From the NCBI GenBank assembly GCA_021613535.1, contig CP075494.1:6510001-6574000 (forward strand): a stretch of 64,000 bases of DNA, written 5' to 3'. Made by a program: the position numbers and the translations under genes. Of the stretch, positions 12,901 to 26,994 are shown piece by piece. The stretch is from Adineta vaga. Taxonomy: Eukaryota > Animalia > Rotifera. Within the stretch, counting starts at the first letter, position 1. Each line of letters opens with the position of its first letter. The notes beneath the pieces were generated by a model. The model was not told the DNA's origin and ran no database searches. It saw only the letters and a list, made by a program, of their open reading frames with translations.

Positions 12901-15900
12901 AATTCATATTCTGAAAGACGATACAATGATTACATTCAGGCAAGAAGATAAACAAGTATAATATGTGAATGAGAAAAAAATATATGTATATATTTATATT
13001 TCAAAGATTGTCAAAAAAGAAGACATAGATAATAATGATGTGTAATGAATTTTCTTTCTTTTTATCGTCGAATTGTCCTATAACGGAGAGAAATTGATTT
13101 ACGTGTGCTGATCGATTTAGTAGGTTTTTTTCGATCACTTATCTAGTTGACAGCTAAAAATATATATGCATATAGCACGGCTGAATTTCATCAATCACAC
13201 AAGAGCGAATATATCACTATATACGAATAGAATCATCGTGCTGTCGAGCAGTATAACGAAAGGGAGAGGGAGCGAGAGCGAATATTATTATATATAGATA
13301 TCTACAGCATGCATTAGCAATAAGTTTCAATTAAATTGTAAAATATGACATTCGTTCGTAGAAGAAGAAAAAAAAACATGGGTTTATCAATTTATACGCA
13401 TTACAAGCATCAGCAGGAAGATGAATATTTTCGAATAAAAATATCAAATGGTCTAATTTGATGATGGTTTAGCTGCTGTCAACTAGATATGATAGGCCAA
13501 AATAGAGAAGCAAAAGCATATCTTACTTGCGTGGTTTTGGTATTCCACAAACAGAATCATCACTATCAAAATCAAATTCTTTTGATTTTGGTATTGGTCT
13601 TCGATAATCATTGGTTAATTTCATATTTGAATTTCTATTTTGATTATGAAATGTCATTGAATCAAGGGATTTATAACGAAGTAAAACGGCACGATTAATA
13701 CGTTCAATATCGACTGTTAATGATGAAGTTGATGAGGATGATGATGATGTTAGATCTTCTTGTCGAGCAAGATGTTCTCGACTTATTGATCGTTGATTTC
13801 GAGAAGATTTCGCCAATTCATGATTACTTATTGGAGAAGCAAATAATGAAGGTTCTTGATATAAATCAACACTTTTCGAACGTTTCATTTGTTTACGTCT
13901 TTGAAAACGACGACGAGATTGATGCATTTGACCATTATTATCAAAATCTTCTGCAATTGGCGGTGGCGGTGGAGGTGGTGGTGGCGGTGGTGCTTGTTCA
14001 ATAAAATTTGAACGTACAGGCTGATCAGATCTTTGCCGACTATTATTAATTATAGTCGTTGTTGATGATGGTGGACGATAATGATATGAAGTCGAAGGAT
14101 TAAAATTGTAATTGTTTAATGTATGCTAGAGAAGGAGAGAATATAATGGAATAAAATGTTAATGTGTCTTACCATGCTTGAATGAAAATCTGGCTGGATA
14201 GATGGAGAATTATTTCTTGATGAAGTCAAGCCGGTCGGACGTCCATTAAATAATGACGAATTAATAGTTGGTAAATGATGTAATGATCCATGTGAAAGTG
14301 ATTCGGATAGTAAAACTGGTGGTGTTGTATAAGAAGATGAATTCGATAGAGGTGCAGGTGATGACGGTGAAAATCTTGTATTAGGTACAAGAAAATCTGA
14401 ATGATGATTATTGGATTGACGAATCTTCGAACTCATTGATGATGATGATGTTGATAGATTTGTAGGCGTGTTTTGTATGCTATTAAGACTAATACGTGCT
14501 TTTGATGGTAAATCTGTTGTTGTTGTTGTTGTTGTTGCGGTAGTATTTGTCATTGTGATTGGCTTTAATGTTGATGATGATGGATAGAGTGGACGAACTG
14601 TATTTGTATGGATAGAGTATGGTTCGACTTTTGCGATGTTTTTCGTACGTGTATTGATTGAATCATGATCATTTAAACGCAACATACGATACGTGTCATA
14701 GGCAAGTTCAGATGGAGACATTCTATTACTGTTATTTGGACGATTAACTGATTCCAGACTACAATATGAATCGATAGAAAAAGATAGAGATATATTTCTA
14801 TGGATATGTAAATAAACAAATGCTGATCAATCATATTTAATATGTTGATAGAAAGTAAAAGAATTATATAATCGTTAAACTAATTGGATAGATCAACGGT
14901 TTGTTTTATAGTACTTTTAACTTATAACAACAGACTAACTTTATCATCGAAATCTAGCTAAATGAAAAGAATATTTAAATCAAATAGCAAGAGATGATCT
15001 AATTTATTTTATTTTATTTATTTTCAACTTATATTTGACTTCCAGAACAAAAAACAAAATTTATCAATATGAAGATGTCATCTATTGACTTATCTTCGAT
15101 ATTGAAGTTTATTAAAGGAATCTGTTTAATAATTAGTCTATTACTAAAGAAACAAAACTCTTTCTCTCTTTCTCAGTTATTCGTATTTGTTTTTGCCTAA
15201 CGGGGGTGTCATTAGAGATCGGCAATGACTTCTGTATTTAGCATCGTTCTTGTCTCCTTCATTATCTTCTACTATTTCATAATTTCTTTTCCATTTATAC
15301 AACAATCTATATCCAAGATTGAATAAGAGTGTCTAGTGTTGAAAACTCCGAAATTTTCTTCCTATTGAAAAGCAAGAAAACTTGTCGAAACGATAGAGTA
15401 ATAATGAATGATGCGTCTGTTTATGTCACTCATTTATATAATCCAAGGTCTCCATACCACTTGATCTAACTGTCAATCAAAGATATACACGTATGTATAT
15501 ATTTTGTTTAGGTCTTTGATCTTATTATTTTTATCGATTGATAATATTTATTGATCATTAAACAACGTACCTATCTACAGCTTTTTCTTGTTGAAGTGCA
15601 GGAGTTTTTTTAAACAAAGGAAATTGTGGTGTTACATCTCGAACAATAATAGTTGGTTTATTGTTTTGATATTGATCAGATCCAATGGTATTGAATGAAG
15701 GTGTTGTTTTCGTTAATACAGATGACTGATCTGATCTGTTGTTGTTGTTGTTGTTATTGTTATTATTATTGCTGTGAGTGTTATTATTTGAATTTATACG
15801 TTGGTTTGAATTAGAATCAATTGAATCATTTCGACCATGTTCGTGTACTTCAACAGAAGATTTTCCAACAAATAATTGTTTTAATTTTTCTACGCATGAT

Positions 15901-18204
15901 CCATCATCAACCATAGATAATGAAGGTTCATTCGATTCATTTCCATCATTCGTATTATCAATACCTAATGTACTTTTACTACGGCCAAGTGCAGGTCGAT
16001 AAGATTCTTTTTCTTGCTGTTGTGGATTAATCATTACCGGCGATGGCGGACGAATAGGTAGAGATGGTGGTGGTGGTGGTGGTGGTGATTGTTCTTGTTG
16101 TAAACGTAAATCCCATTCAGATTTACTTAATGCAGAACATACACGTTTTGTTCCTGAAGTAATCAATGGTTGATAAGTAGCTGCACTTTCATTGATAGGT
16201 AATCCGCTTTCATTTTTAAACGATTCATTCACATGAGGGTCAACGAAAAATTCTGACCGTGATCGAGATGATCCATATTTAAGTATAGGTCGCAATGAAT
16301 TGATTGGGCATGTTGTTGATGATGATGATGATGGCAATATTGGTGGTGATGGTTCGACATCATGAATAGCTTGTTGTCGTTGAATACGTGGTATCGATGT
16401 TTGTCTTAAAGGTATTTCATCTTCATATGTTGTAGTTAATGATCGATTTGATAAAAATGGAGATGATTCGAACGGCTGCTGTGTGTCTGTAGGTGAAGCA
16501 AACGTATTCCAGATATTACGGGTATCATCCAATGAAGTACGTGATAGGACTCCAGTAGTATTCGAACTTCTGGGATCATAACGACGAATTAAACGAAGAA
16601 CATTCGAATCCATTACGAAAGTTGATCTATACTGATGATTACCTTCTCCACCGATAGAAGATGAAGAGGAAGTTCTTCTTGATTTATTAAACTCATCATT
16701 CTAAATAACAACAACAAAAAAAAGTATCAATTAAAACCTTGAACTGGTTACGAGGATGTTGATGATGTACATCATCTAATAATCTATATAATATCCAAAG
16801 AAAAAGAAGAGATTAGAAAGAAATCTTTACTCGTCCATCTTTCCCTTCTTTTTTTTTCACATGATGAATAACTCTATGTTGATATGCAAGAAAAAAGACG
16901 TAGAAATGAAGAAAAAACTATATAGGAAAGAACGAAGAAAGAATTATCGACATCCTACACATATGTACAGATTGTTCTAATGATCAGACGCGTGCGCATC
17001 TATGAGAATATGGTAGCAATAGCTATCAGAAAGAAAGAAGCAAAATGCGCTAGAGCAATAACAACGCAGCACTATCATCATTATCCATTATCGGCTTGCT
17101 CTCGCTATCATCTATGAAACATATAGTCAAAGAAACAAAGAGCACCGTGTGTGTGTGTGTGCGCGTCCCTGAACTGCTCGAGATATGACGCCTACGATGA
17201 TCAATTGATATTTTTATAGGAAACATACGTGTCAACAGAAAGAAGTGTTGAATATTATCATAAGGCTTACCAATTGATGTGAAGTTTTTAGCTTTGGAAA
17301 TAGAAATGTTTGTCGTTGTTCAGATTGATTTTGAACATAATGATGAGAAGCTCGTTGACTTTCATTTCTTATATTGATATTACTATAGTTAATACGATTG
17401 CTGCTATTATTACTATTATTAATATTGTTGTTGTTGTTGCTATTCTTCTCCTTATTATTATTATTGTTTTGGCTTTTTGTCACTTGAATTGGTAGGAAAA
17501 CCGTTCCGACGTTTGTCGATAAAGGCGGAGTTGACGACGACGGAGAGGAAGAAGAAGAAGAATATGATAATGATGATGGTATCATAGAACTAACAACTAT
17601 TGCCATATTATTACTTATAATATCGACTGGAATAGAACGAATCAATGGTTTCTAGAAATAAAAATCAAATTGATAGGAACATCCTGTATTGCTATGTTTA
17701 GATAAATATATGTAAATCTACCTGAATGCTTGAACTATAATTCATTGGTGATGGAGATTTCTTTTTATTTATAACTAATGATGAGGATGTCGGTATGGCA
17801 CCAAATCTTCGCCGTCCCTGAGTAATTAATGGACGAAAATCCATTGTTCTAATTTCTTTCGTTGATGCAGATGTTGGTAATTGATAAATCTGACTATTTA
17901 ATGGATGAGATATTGAAATATTTTCTGTTGTAGAAGATTTTTGTATCATTGCTTTGTCATATACTCGATTGTTTACTGAACAATGTATAATTGTTTCAGG
18001 GAGAGATTTATTTGTACGTATAACTCGATCATTTGATTGTACGTGTTCATCGTACGGAAGAGTTTTTCGTTTTGTTAATATATGTAAATTTTCATATTCA
18101 AATTTTGGATTTAAAAACTGATTTTGATTTGTCAATATCGTTCTTGATGGATGGTAATGTACATTGATCTTCGAACGATTATTGTAAAATGATATTGGTG
18201 ACAT
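3983..18204 (-). CDS. SVIL: Supervillin-like protein (gelsolin repeats plus villin headpiece) with a very long disordered N-terminus
   Basis: C-terminal headpiece LPEGVDPSKIEFYLSDADF..KDEFYALPYWKQTNIKKPLGFF* (stop 3983-3985). Gelsolin repeats (LILIKGHR, INEGDCYLL, VFVFDFGAELYVWNG, YWIWQG, LYIWQGW). Supervillin-like SVADKKSLFE and RLTQPITAEEV. Upstream exons (10166-10634, 11280-11329, 13528-14085, 14172-14757, 15571-16700, 17271-17650, 17721-18204; edges approximate) join in consistent phase. The region upstream of ~10.6 kb is less certain. Confidence 0.85.
7815..7857 (-). other. Candidate internal alternative first coding exon of supervillin (MGQCMEKDVQNDEK)
   Basis: ATG at 7857, 43 nt, GTAATT donor in phase 1 that matches the next exon (~7696-7765). 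Confidence 0.5.
11437..11447 (-). other. Candidate internal alternative first coding micro-exon of supervillin (MGAW|LCTSSK)
   Basis: ATG GGA GCA TG|GTATGT; the phase-2 donor fits exon 11280-11329. Confidence 0.5.
13140..13489. repeat. 15-bp perfect inverted repeat (TATCTAGTTGACAGC / GCTGTCAACTAGATA)
   Basis: Arms at 13140-13154 and 13475-13489; extends 4 more bp with a 3-nt bulge. Confidence 0.8.
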
Positions 18205-20745
18205 AATATTTTCAAGAATCTATATGAAAAAAAAAAAGAAAGAAATGAATGAATGAATGAATGAAATGCATCTCTGTTTGATTTTATTGATATTTTAAAA
18301 TCATCAAGAATATAACAACGAAAGAGAGAAAAAAAAGAAAACGTTGTGTGTCTTCCCACACATTTTAATGTTCGATTATATCAAGATTTAAGTTAGTTAA
18401 AGTTTTTCTACGGTGAAATGACGATACGACTATTGAATATTATTCTTTGCTTATAAATGTCCTTTCTTTTATAGAGTAATATAAGAGAAAAGAAGGATAA
18501 AAGAATAGTAAAATGAGGAACAAAAAAAAAGGGAGAGGGAGAGCAAAGCCCAAAGCTACAACTCGAAAGACAATGTACAAGCGTTTACGACAAGCAAAGA
18601 CGGAGCCAAACAAAATAAACATCCATATGTACATATACATACGGAGAAAGTTTGTTCTAATCAAGTCAAATTGGTGACAAACGTTCTGTATATTTATATA
18701 ACGCATGTAACTCTTGACTAACTCGACTTCAATGAACATCTGTATATAAAACAAAATGTGATAGGTAAAGAACGAATTTATCCGGCAGCCACACCTCAAC
18801 AAGGATTAGTTGAATGATAAATGTACTATTCAAATCGAAGTATATAAGAGAAGAGAGAAAAGAATGTGTCGTACGCATAACCTACCTATTTGCCTGTATA
18901 TGTCAATGTTACGTTATAGGACCTCGAACCTAAATTCAATTTGCATGAAAACGAAAAAAGAAACGTGAAGGTGTATATGCATGTTAAATACAATGCATTG
19001 TGTCTCAAGCAACAAATTACACGTTCTCTCTTCAATGCTTGATCTCACTTTCCAGACGGAAAGAAACGAAGAAAATGATCAAAAAAAACATCAGATTATT
19101 GCGATCAATGCCACATAAAGCTAACTAATGCAGATGATATATTCACTGAATATAGGCGTTCTTTCTCTCATTTTCTTTTTCTTTCCACAAGATTTTTCAT
19201 CATTGTACACAAGATTGATAGACATACAAACAAATTGAACGGCTATTTCGTATAGTTAATGAGATCACAATTTGTTCATCCCAATATACATATTGTCTGT
19301 TGACATGACATTTTGTTGCACGATAATACATCACCATTACTTACATCTTGGTGAGTCTCTCACAGTAGTAATTAGTCGTTGTACTAGTTACGAAAGAGAA
19401 ATAATCAATACCTGCATGACAAAAGACGTTCTGTGACAGATGCTAAGTTAATTAGAATACAAAACGATATGTGATGAGCAGATATGAAAAATATCGAAAG
19501 AAAGATAATGAGTTTCGATCGTTTCTCATCATCGTACAATGAGAGTGAATGAATTAATCATGCGCATAATAAGAATCTACATATATATCCTATCGAATGA
19601 ATGTGATTATATCCATAATAATAACAAACAAAGAATGGCCAATGTCCACGTGTGTGTGTATGTGAATACAAATCTGTTTCTCATTTAGAACTCTTTTGTT
19701 TTATCTTTTCTTTAGTAGACGATGATTTGATCGTAGGGTGATAGACGAGTGTCTGGTGTGTCGTCATTTAGTAATCAATGACTTGATCAATGTCATGTCT
19801 ATATAGGGAAAAAATAATCGTAACTTTCTCTATAGGTTACCGATAATAAATCCATATGTTCATTTGAAGTTTTTTCTTCTTCTTAGCAATAGAAAATAAA
19901 ATGGTTACAAGAGAGAATACAGGTGCTGGATGACCTTCTCTCATCTGCTTTATATTTATAGACGAGAAGAAGAAGCCCCCCAAAAAAAGAAGAATCATGA
20001 TTGGCATCTTTCATTGAGACATATGTCGTGATGATTACGCAAGTGATCTGTCAGTGAAATATAAGCATCGGAGAAAGAAAGTATACACACATGTACCAGA
20101 TGATATGGTGATTTTTACAAACGAATATAAATAAATGTATTCAACCTTCGGTCAATTGAAATTCAAGGTTAAGTTTGTCATCTTATTCAAAAGTATTTTA
20201 TTGAATTAATTAAATTCTCATATGATCATATCATGAAAATCAATTAGAATGAAGTTCATCATAACATGCAATTTCTATTAAATAATATCGTCCTAGACTT
20301 TGCATTGATGACATTTATCTTATGTACATAGAACTTCGACAATGTCATCAAATCAGTCGTCTGACTTTACATAATGAAATAAATATTTCATTTCAGTTTT
20401 GCTAATTTCAATGAAGGTTTTTATTAAATATATAGAAAATTATCCGCTCACTAGTTGTCCTTATCAATGACGTACGCTTTAATTGTCACTTCATTATCCA
20501 CTTTGTTCTTTTTCTAAATGTAAAACTTATTCATTAGTAACAAATTTATGCAAATGAAATCAATTCATTTGTAAAATTGTACTAAAATGAACTATTCGAA
20601 TACAATTTAAGATCAGATGACGTTCAAAAGGACATCTATTTTTGTAACAATATAAATATTTTCTTTTACTGACATTAATTAACTACACATCATTGCATTG
20701 AAGGCAACATATGCACAGCTGGTTAATCTTTAATCAAAAGATAAC

Positions 20746-20771
20746 TTATTATTATTATTATTATTATTATT
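20746..20771. repeat. (TTA)n microsatellite
   Basis: Tandem TTA run read directly. Confidence 0.85.
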
Positions 20772-21488
20772 TAGTGTTTTACATCTGTACAAAGAATAAA
20801 AGAAAAATAAATGTATAGCACGAACAGTAAACAAACAAAAAATACAATCGATTGTATGTTATGTCCACAAGCAAGTAATTGATCGAATCGAAAATGATTA
20901 TTTTCATTAACCCTCACCTGAGAAATAGAAAAGGAAAAAAAACCAACAATACATTCAAAAGATATCAAGAAGTAGAAAACAGATAAACACTAACTAAACA
21001 AATTCCTTGGTAAATCATAAAAAGAACACACAATAGTATTCATAAACATATTATAGAAACAAGAAAATGAACAGAGCGTTATACGTCATATAAGTATGAT
21101 GCAATGTATTCCAAAAAAACCAATTCACAACAACAAACCACACGAAAATAAAAAGCATAGAATATGAAAACACATCGATTAATAACAAGAAATTTCCTGA
21201 GTAAAATTGTTCTCTCTTCTGTTTCTTGATCGAAAATCGAAAGGTTTGCTTTTCTTCATCGTTAGCTAGTTTACTTTGCCATTGAACATAACACACACAC
21301 AAGAAAAGAAAATACAAAGATCCACACTGAAGTATTTCATATCAGTTAGAGAAGTATAACATGCTCGACAAAATATTTTACATAGGAAAGAAAAATCAAA
21401 TAAAAACATATATCAAATTCGATTGTTTATTGAATTATTTCACGGAAAAATGTCATTGAGTATTGTAGTGTCATAGTTTTGTTTTAAA

Positions 21489-24162
21489 TTAACGTTCCAT
21501 ACGAAATGTATCATCACATAAATTTGAATCAATAGCAAGATCAGCTCCATTAAGTAACTGAAATATTGAAAGATAGATTCTTGGATTTTTCTTCTTGGAT
21601 TTACTTACAAAATCATCTGGATTAATATTTAAATCAATTAAAGTATCGAATGGAATTGAAAAATCACTGTTTAATTCTTTGGATAGATCGGATTTCGAAC
21701 TATCAACATCTATAGAAAGAGAAAGAGAACATATTTTTATATATGACATACGTCGAAAAAGAATCTGTCAAATGCAGTTTTACTTTTACTGACAAACTCA
21801 ATTTAGCAAAATAAACTTTGAAGAATGTACGTTATGTTAGTAGGCACGATCAATAGAAAATATTCTCATGGTAATGCAAATTTTTCGATTTTGTTTACAA
21901 ATTTGAACAATTAAATCTCAAAGGAATCGTACTATGATTGAAACACGCGAGAAAACAAGTCTCTGCTTAACATTCTATTATTTTAAATGATATATTAACC
22001 TTGTATACTCCAGTGACTATTAGAATAAAACGAAGCAGAAGAACAAGAAAGAAAAACATGAAATCTAAACTATAATGTATGCAACTATGATTTCTTTCTT
22101 ATTTAATCGAAAAGTTATTATAGTAAATTATTACAATTGACTGAAATATACTCTATTTAATGAAAAACAATATGTGGAATAGAATCTTGTAGAAAAAAAG
22201 ATGTGTCATCAGTTCTTTATGATAAACATAATTACCAGTTAGTATTATATTTGGAATTGTTGGACTTTTCTGGTTTACATTGGTAGATATATTTCCTGAT
22301 GTATGATTATGACCGTATGGAGTTGGCCTTTAGAATGAAAAACTATCGATATGAATTGATCAAAGTGAATGAAAATATTACATATCATCCATAAATGATG
22401 GATAGAAATCTCTTGATGTAAGATTATTTGTTACACCTGATGTTGTCGGAAGGGAGTTATTATGATTCTGAAGTATAGATGATGATGATGGCTGTTGCTG
22501 AGTATAGAAATTATTATCCTGAAAAAGAGAACAAAAATATTTTTGTAGAAAAAGAAAATGTTTTCTAACCAATGTAATCTGATCAAAATGAGTTGGTAAT
22601 GTAAAATAATGTTGTGGATTATCTGTAGATTGTTGTTGCTGCTGCTGCTGCTGCTGTTGTTGTTGTTGTTGAGGGGAAAATGGAGCATGTTCATTAGCAG
22701 GACTTGCTAATAAATGTGGAGAATTTTGTGGGGAATAACTTGGTAAAGATGGAGGACTCTGTGGTTCCACACGATAATGATTTTGTTGTGTCTTGAGTAA
22801 TTTAAGAGATAGATGAAGAAGAGAAAAAAAACAAATGAAATTAAACTTACAGAAGAAACATCAGGTGATGGAGAATTTTGTCGACGTGGTGATGTTGCTT
22901 TTCCATCACCAATTGGACTATGTCGACGACGTATACTTGGACTTGTTTTTAATGGTCCACTTTGTGATGGTAATTGCTGTTGGGGACCCTGAAGAATATT
23001 ATAATTCAATTCTTTTTCTCTGTTTCACAATAATCAATCAATACATACGAGAGCAAATAGATCACCATCGCTATTTTGATTCGGTGACGGTGAACGTAAA
23101 TACTGTTGAGGTGGAGATGGAGTTGTAGAAAAAGATAACTGATTATGATGATGATTATTATTGTTATAAACATTTCCATTACGTAAATCAGGTAATGATC
23201 CACCATTACGTAGGTGCTGGTTTGGCGGTAACATAAGAACATTAGAATTAGTATTTCCGCCACTAAAACGTGGTCCTAAAAGTGGGTGTGCATGATTATT
23301 ATTTGTTGTTGAAGATGCAACGCATTGTTGTGTTGATGGATAAAACATATTTGTTTGATCATGTGGATAATTATTATTATTTAAATCATAGTAATGATTT
23401 ACTGACATTTGTGTATGATGATATTGAGGATGTCCTGTTACATTATTGTAAGAAGGCGGTTCTAATTTAATATCATTAATATCAAAATCAACTTGTTGAT
23501 CTACAGACAATGAATAGAAATAGAAAATGAACTTATTTTAAATACGAACTATTATCTTGATTATCAACTTGGGCATGATAATGCGCAACAACTGCTGGCA
23601 TCATGGCATGATGAAGTGCGGAATCCGAATTAGTTCTAGGATGAAAAGAAATTTAGATTTTCTATGTTTTTCTTTTCTTCTTTCTTACCGACGCCATGAT
23701 GGATTCTCAGGTGGTTGTAATAAACGATCACACCCATTCGTGCTTTCAACCTAAATTAATTGCAATAAATAATTCGTTCGATCAATTATATTGTCAATAT
23801 GTATATATATATATACTTTAATTGGTTGATTCGTATAATGATTATTATCTGAATGATTCCCTCCATTTGAAATCTATTCATACAAGAAAGAAAACAGATC
23901 AAATTAAAGTTGGAAAAAAGAAAAGAATTTTACATCATATTTGCGTGTTGGTACATCCAGTTTTGTTTTTGTTACAGACCCTCGATCGGCCTTCTAGAAA
24001 AAAAAATAATCTTGTTTTTTTCTTTACAATCATGTGATATATGTGATATACTTGTTTTGCAGCTTCAACTTCGTAAATAATCGTATTAAATGCTGCATCA
24101 TCTTCAGCTTGTTTCTGTTGTAAGAGCGCGATTTTTTCAGCAAATTTACGTGGACTACTCAT
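21489..24162 (-). CDS. CRTC: CREB-regulated transcription coactivator (TORC)
   Basis: N-terminal CREB-binding MSSPRKFAEKIALLQQKQAEDDAAF, SIK site WRRTNSDSALH, GGSLPDL motif, and C-terminal ...DDTFRMER*. Confidence 0.93.
22631..22671 (-). repeat. CAA/CAG polyglutamine tract in CRTC
   Basis: (TGT)n(TGC)n on the + strand encodes a run of Q in the CRTC frame. Confidence 0.9.
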
Positions 24163-25571
24163 CACGAGTATTTATATTATTGGGTAAGAGAAATAAAATG
24201 TAATATATTAAAAGAACCAAGAAGTAGATGAGAGACAAGTTGTGAGTATGTAGACAGAAGGAAGAAAGAAAAAGGAGAAGAAAATAAAGAAAGCGAAGGA
24301 AAAATAAAAAGGTAAAACCTAAAAAAGAAAATGAAAACGAATATGTACAAAAGCAGAATAACAAAAAAAGAAAACAACGAACGACTAACTTACCGGCCAA
24401 TCTATTTGTCAACACTGTCGATAAAAGTCACGTATAGTTTTTATCGAAATTCAAACATTGAAATATGACATGATGATCTGTTCGTACTTTTTCTATTCTT
24501 GTTTATTTAAATAACCAAAAAAGAAAAAGAAATACATCTAAATGCAAAAAAAAGATTCCTACATTCGTCAATAACTTTTATTCTTTATTTAATGATAGAT
24601 TTGTAGGCGTTTGACACATGCTTATAGAAACATAATTAAAATATTATCCAACTGGAAATCAAGATGAAAAAGCATTTTGTTTAATCTTTTCAAAGAAGTC
24701 AAAAAAGTTGTGGATTAATCAACTAATGTGCATAAAAATATATTTCCGCCGTAGATTCTTTCTTCTCTCTCTCTCTCTCCCGTTGGTCACATATACTCAT
24801 GAGGAATCTAGCTTGTTGTTATTCAAAAAAAAACGGGAATAGTCATATGCATGCATGTTTTTTTTTCGGCAAGTAATTAACCAATTAGATGAATCATTCG
24901 AAAATTGATCAAGTTTTTTTCAATGAAATGTAGAAGATTGTTTTTCGATGAAGCAAACAATTTAGAAATGTTAATTGATATTTATTTATTGAATATTTTG
25001 TTACCTAATACTCTATCGCTGAATAGATATTGGAGATTCTCTCAACCAATAAAAATTTGCTCAAAATCAAAGAATTTATCAATCAAGATGCTCGTTTTCT
25101 CACGAGGTGCCATACTATGATGATCAGAAAAGTGAAAGATTTTTTGTCCAACTTTGTTTCTATTTTTAGTATTTTTCTCCAATGAGTGAGAATATACAGA
25201 CGGCAAGATTTAAAGCTATTTAAAAGACATTTGATAACAGTATACTAATGTTACATTTCTATATCATACATGTGTGAATGAATATTTATTTCAATAATGA
25301 ACGATTTAGATGTTGAGTAAACTAAATAAAAATCTGGTTCATTTTGATTTTCAACAATACAGATGTCATAAAGTATTTCAACTGGGAAATAGTTTTCATT
25401 AGATTTCTTAAAATAAGACTTTATTCGTGTGAATAGGGTAATTTAAGCATATTAGATTATATCACACAGATCATACGCATTTACATATAATAGGAGCAGT
25501 TTCATACTATATAACGTGTTTATGCATAGCGCTCGGGTGGATTTGATGGAAAGATTTTCTATTTTAGATCA

Positions 25572-26468
25572 ATGTCAAAACGCCGCTTTGAAGTTACACG
25601 TGTACCAGAATCATCGAATACGAATGTTTCACCACCGGAACTTATTCCTTTGATTCATATCGAAAATGAAATTCCGCAACCTCCGCCATTACCAGCTTCG
25701 ATTTTAACAACGAATGATAAACCAACAAATAATCGTTTCAACTCAAGTTTATTTAATTCAATTTTAAAACGTCGAGTTTTAGATACTCGTCGTCGTGCAA
25801 CGATTGCTGCCGCTATTGCATCTCTTGGTAATCAGATAAAACGAAGTACATCTGCTGAAGCTATTCATCATAGTGACATAACATCTTCAATCGCAATACC
25901 TTCTAGTCAAACAGCTTCTTCATTATCGAAAGAAACTGAGGAAACTGATATGTATTCGACTATACAATCGAATGCTTATGATTCCAATCCATCAAGTATA
26001 ACAAATAAATTTCTTCAAGAACTTCGTTCGAAACGTCGTGAATTACGTGAAAAAAGTAAAAATATTTCAATTGATTTACGTATTGATTTCAATCGTCGAT
26101 TACATCAAAGACCTATTCTACGTGCCCAAGATATATTTGATGTTCATTTCCAATCTCATGATGATGAAAATGATGATTATTTTCTAAGTGAACAGAATTT
26201 TTTCACTGAAGAATCTCAAGAAAAAATACGTAATGATATTTATCGAGAATTAAATCGTCAACAAGTTAAACAATATCGTAAACATAATCGATATTTAATT
26301 GTCGGTCGATCGCTATTGGTGATAATGATAGCAATATTAGCAATTATGAGTTTTACATTAATCTATGTTGTTACAGATACATTTGAACGAGCGAAATATC
26401 CAGATGCAACTTTTCCTGAACAAGATTTTATTCCAATGATATTCGATAAAACAACGAATTTTTATTAA
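25572..26468 (+). CDS. Single-exon 298-aa protein with N-terminal RFxV motif, disordered/coiled region and one C-terminal TM helix
   Basis: Long uninterrupted ORF; MSKRRFEV start; hydrophobic SLLVIMIAILAIMSFTLIYVV near the C-terminus. Confidence 0.8.
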   Translation: MSKRRFEVTRVPESSNTNVSPPELIPLIHIENEIPQPPPLPASILTTNDKPTNNRFNSSLFNSILKRRVLDTRRRATIAAAIASLGNQIKRSTSAEAIHHSDITSSIAIPSSQTASSLSKETEETDMYSTIQSNAYDSNPSSITNKFLQELRSKRRELREKSKNISIDLRIDFNRRLHQRPILRAQDIFDVHFQSHDDENDDYFLSEQNFFTEESQEKIRNDIYRELNRQQVKQYRKHNRYLIVGRSLLVIMIAILAIMSFTLIYVVTDTFERAKYPDATFPEQDFIPMIFDKTTNFY

Positions 26469-26994
26469 TTAGTTAGATCTTATCAAGAACATATATACAT
26501 ATATATTCTAGATTCTAGTCTTCACCTATGCACTGTATGCTCAATGAAACTTTTTTTCTTTTGTTTTTCAACTTTTATTTCGCAATTGTAATTTACTCAC
26601 GAGAACATATCTATTGGTTTGTTTTGCTGATGATGTACTAGTAGTAAATACAGTGTCGTTTCTTTCGTAGTCAGTTTGTACAAAATAAAGCATGAATTCT
26701 ATCTACGAATAAGTTATCTTACAATATATCGAAATAAACACTTACTGAATATGGACGGTATAACTTTTCGTTTTATTTGATAATTTGATTTTTCGAAAAA
26801 TCTATATATACAAGAGATTGTTCTATGACGTCAACATTCATCTTAGTATGCCAAATGTATGTGATGTCGTATGAAAACTATATTGAATCATTTATCAACA
26901 ATGAAATTTCCCTTAAAATGATTTTCTCTAATGTATTATCTATCACACACAGAAGTACATGATTTTATCGGATATGTCTTCTTCTAGTTTAAGT

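Noticed and set aside
12473-12961. 162-aa + strand ORF inside the supervillin intron
   Set aside because: TTG start, AT-rich, includes an IYIYIY microsatellite and has no recognisable domain.
18440-18802. 120-aa hydrophobic minus-strand ORF
   Set aside because: F/L/I bias comes from T-rich UTR or promoter DNA, and it has a non-ATG start. ORFs at 21051-21317 and 24155-24415 are rejected for the same reasons.
26826-26833. Perfect CRE palindrome TGACGTCA near the CRTC gene
   Set aside because: Lies between two convergent 3' ends; a single 8-mer is expected by chance.
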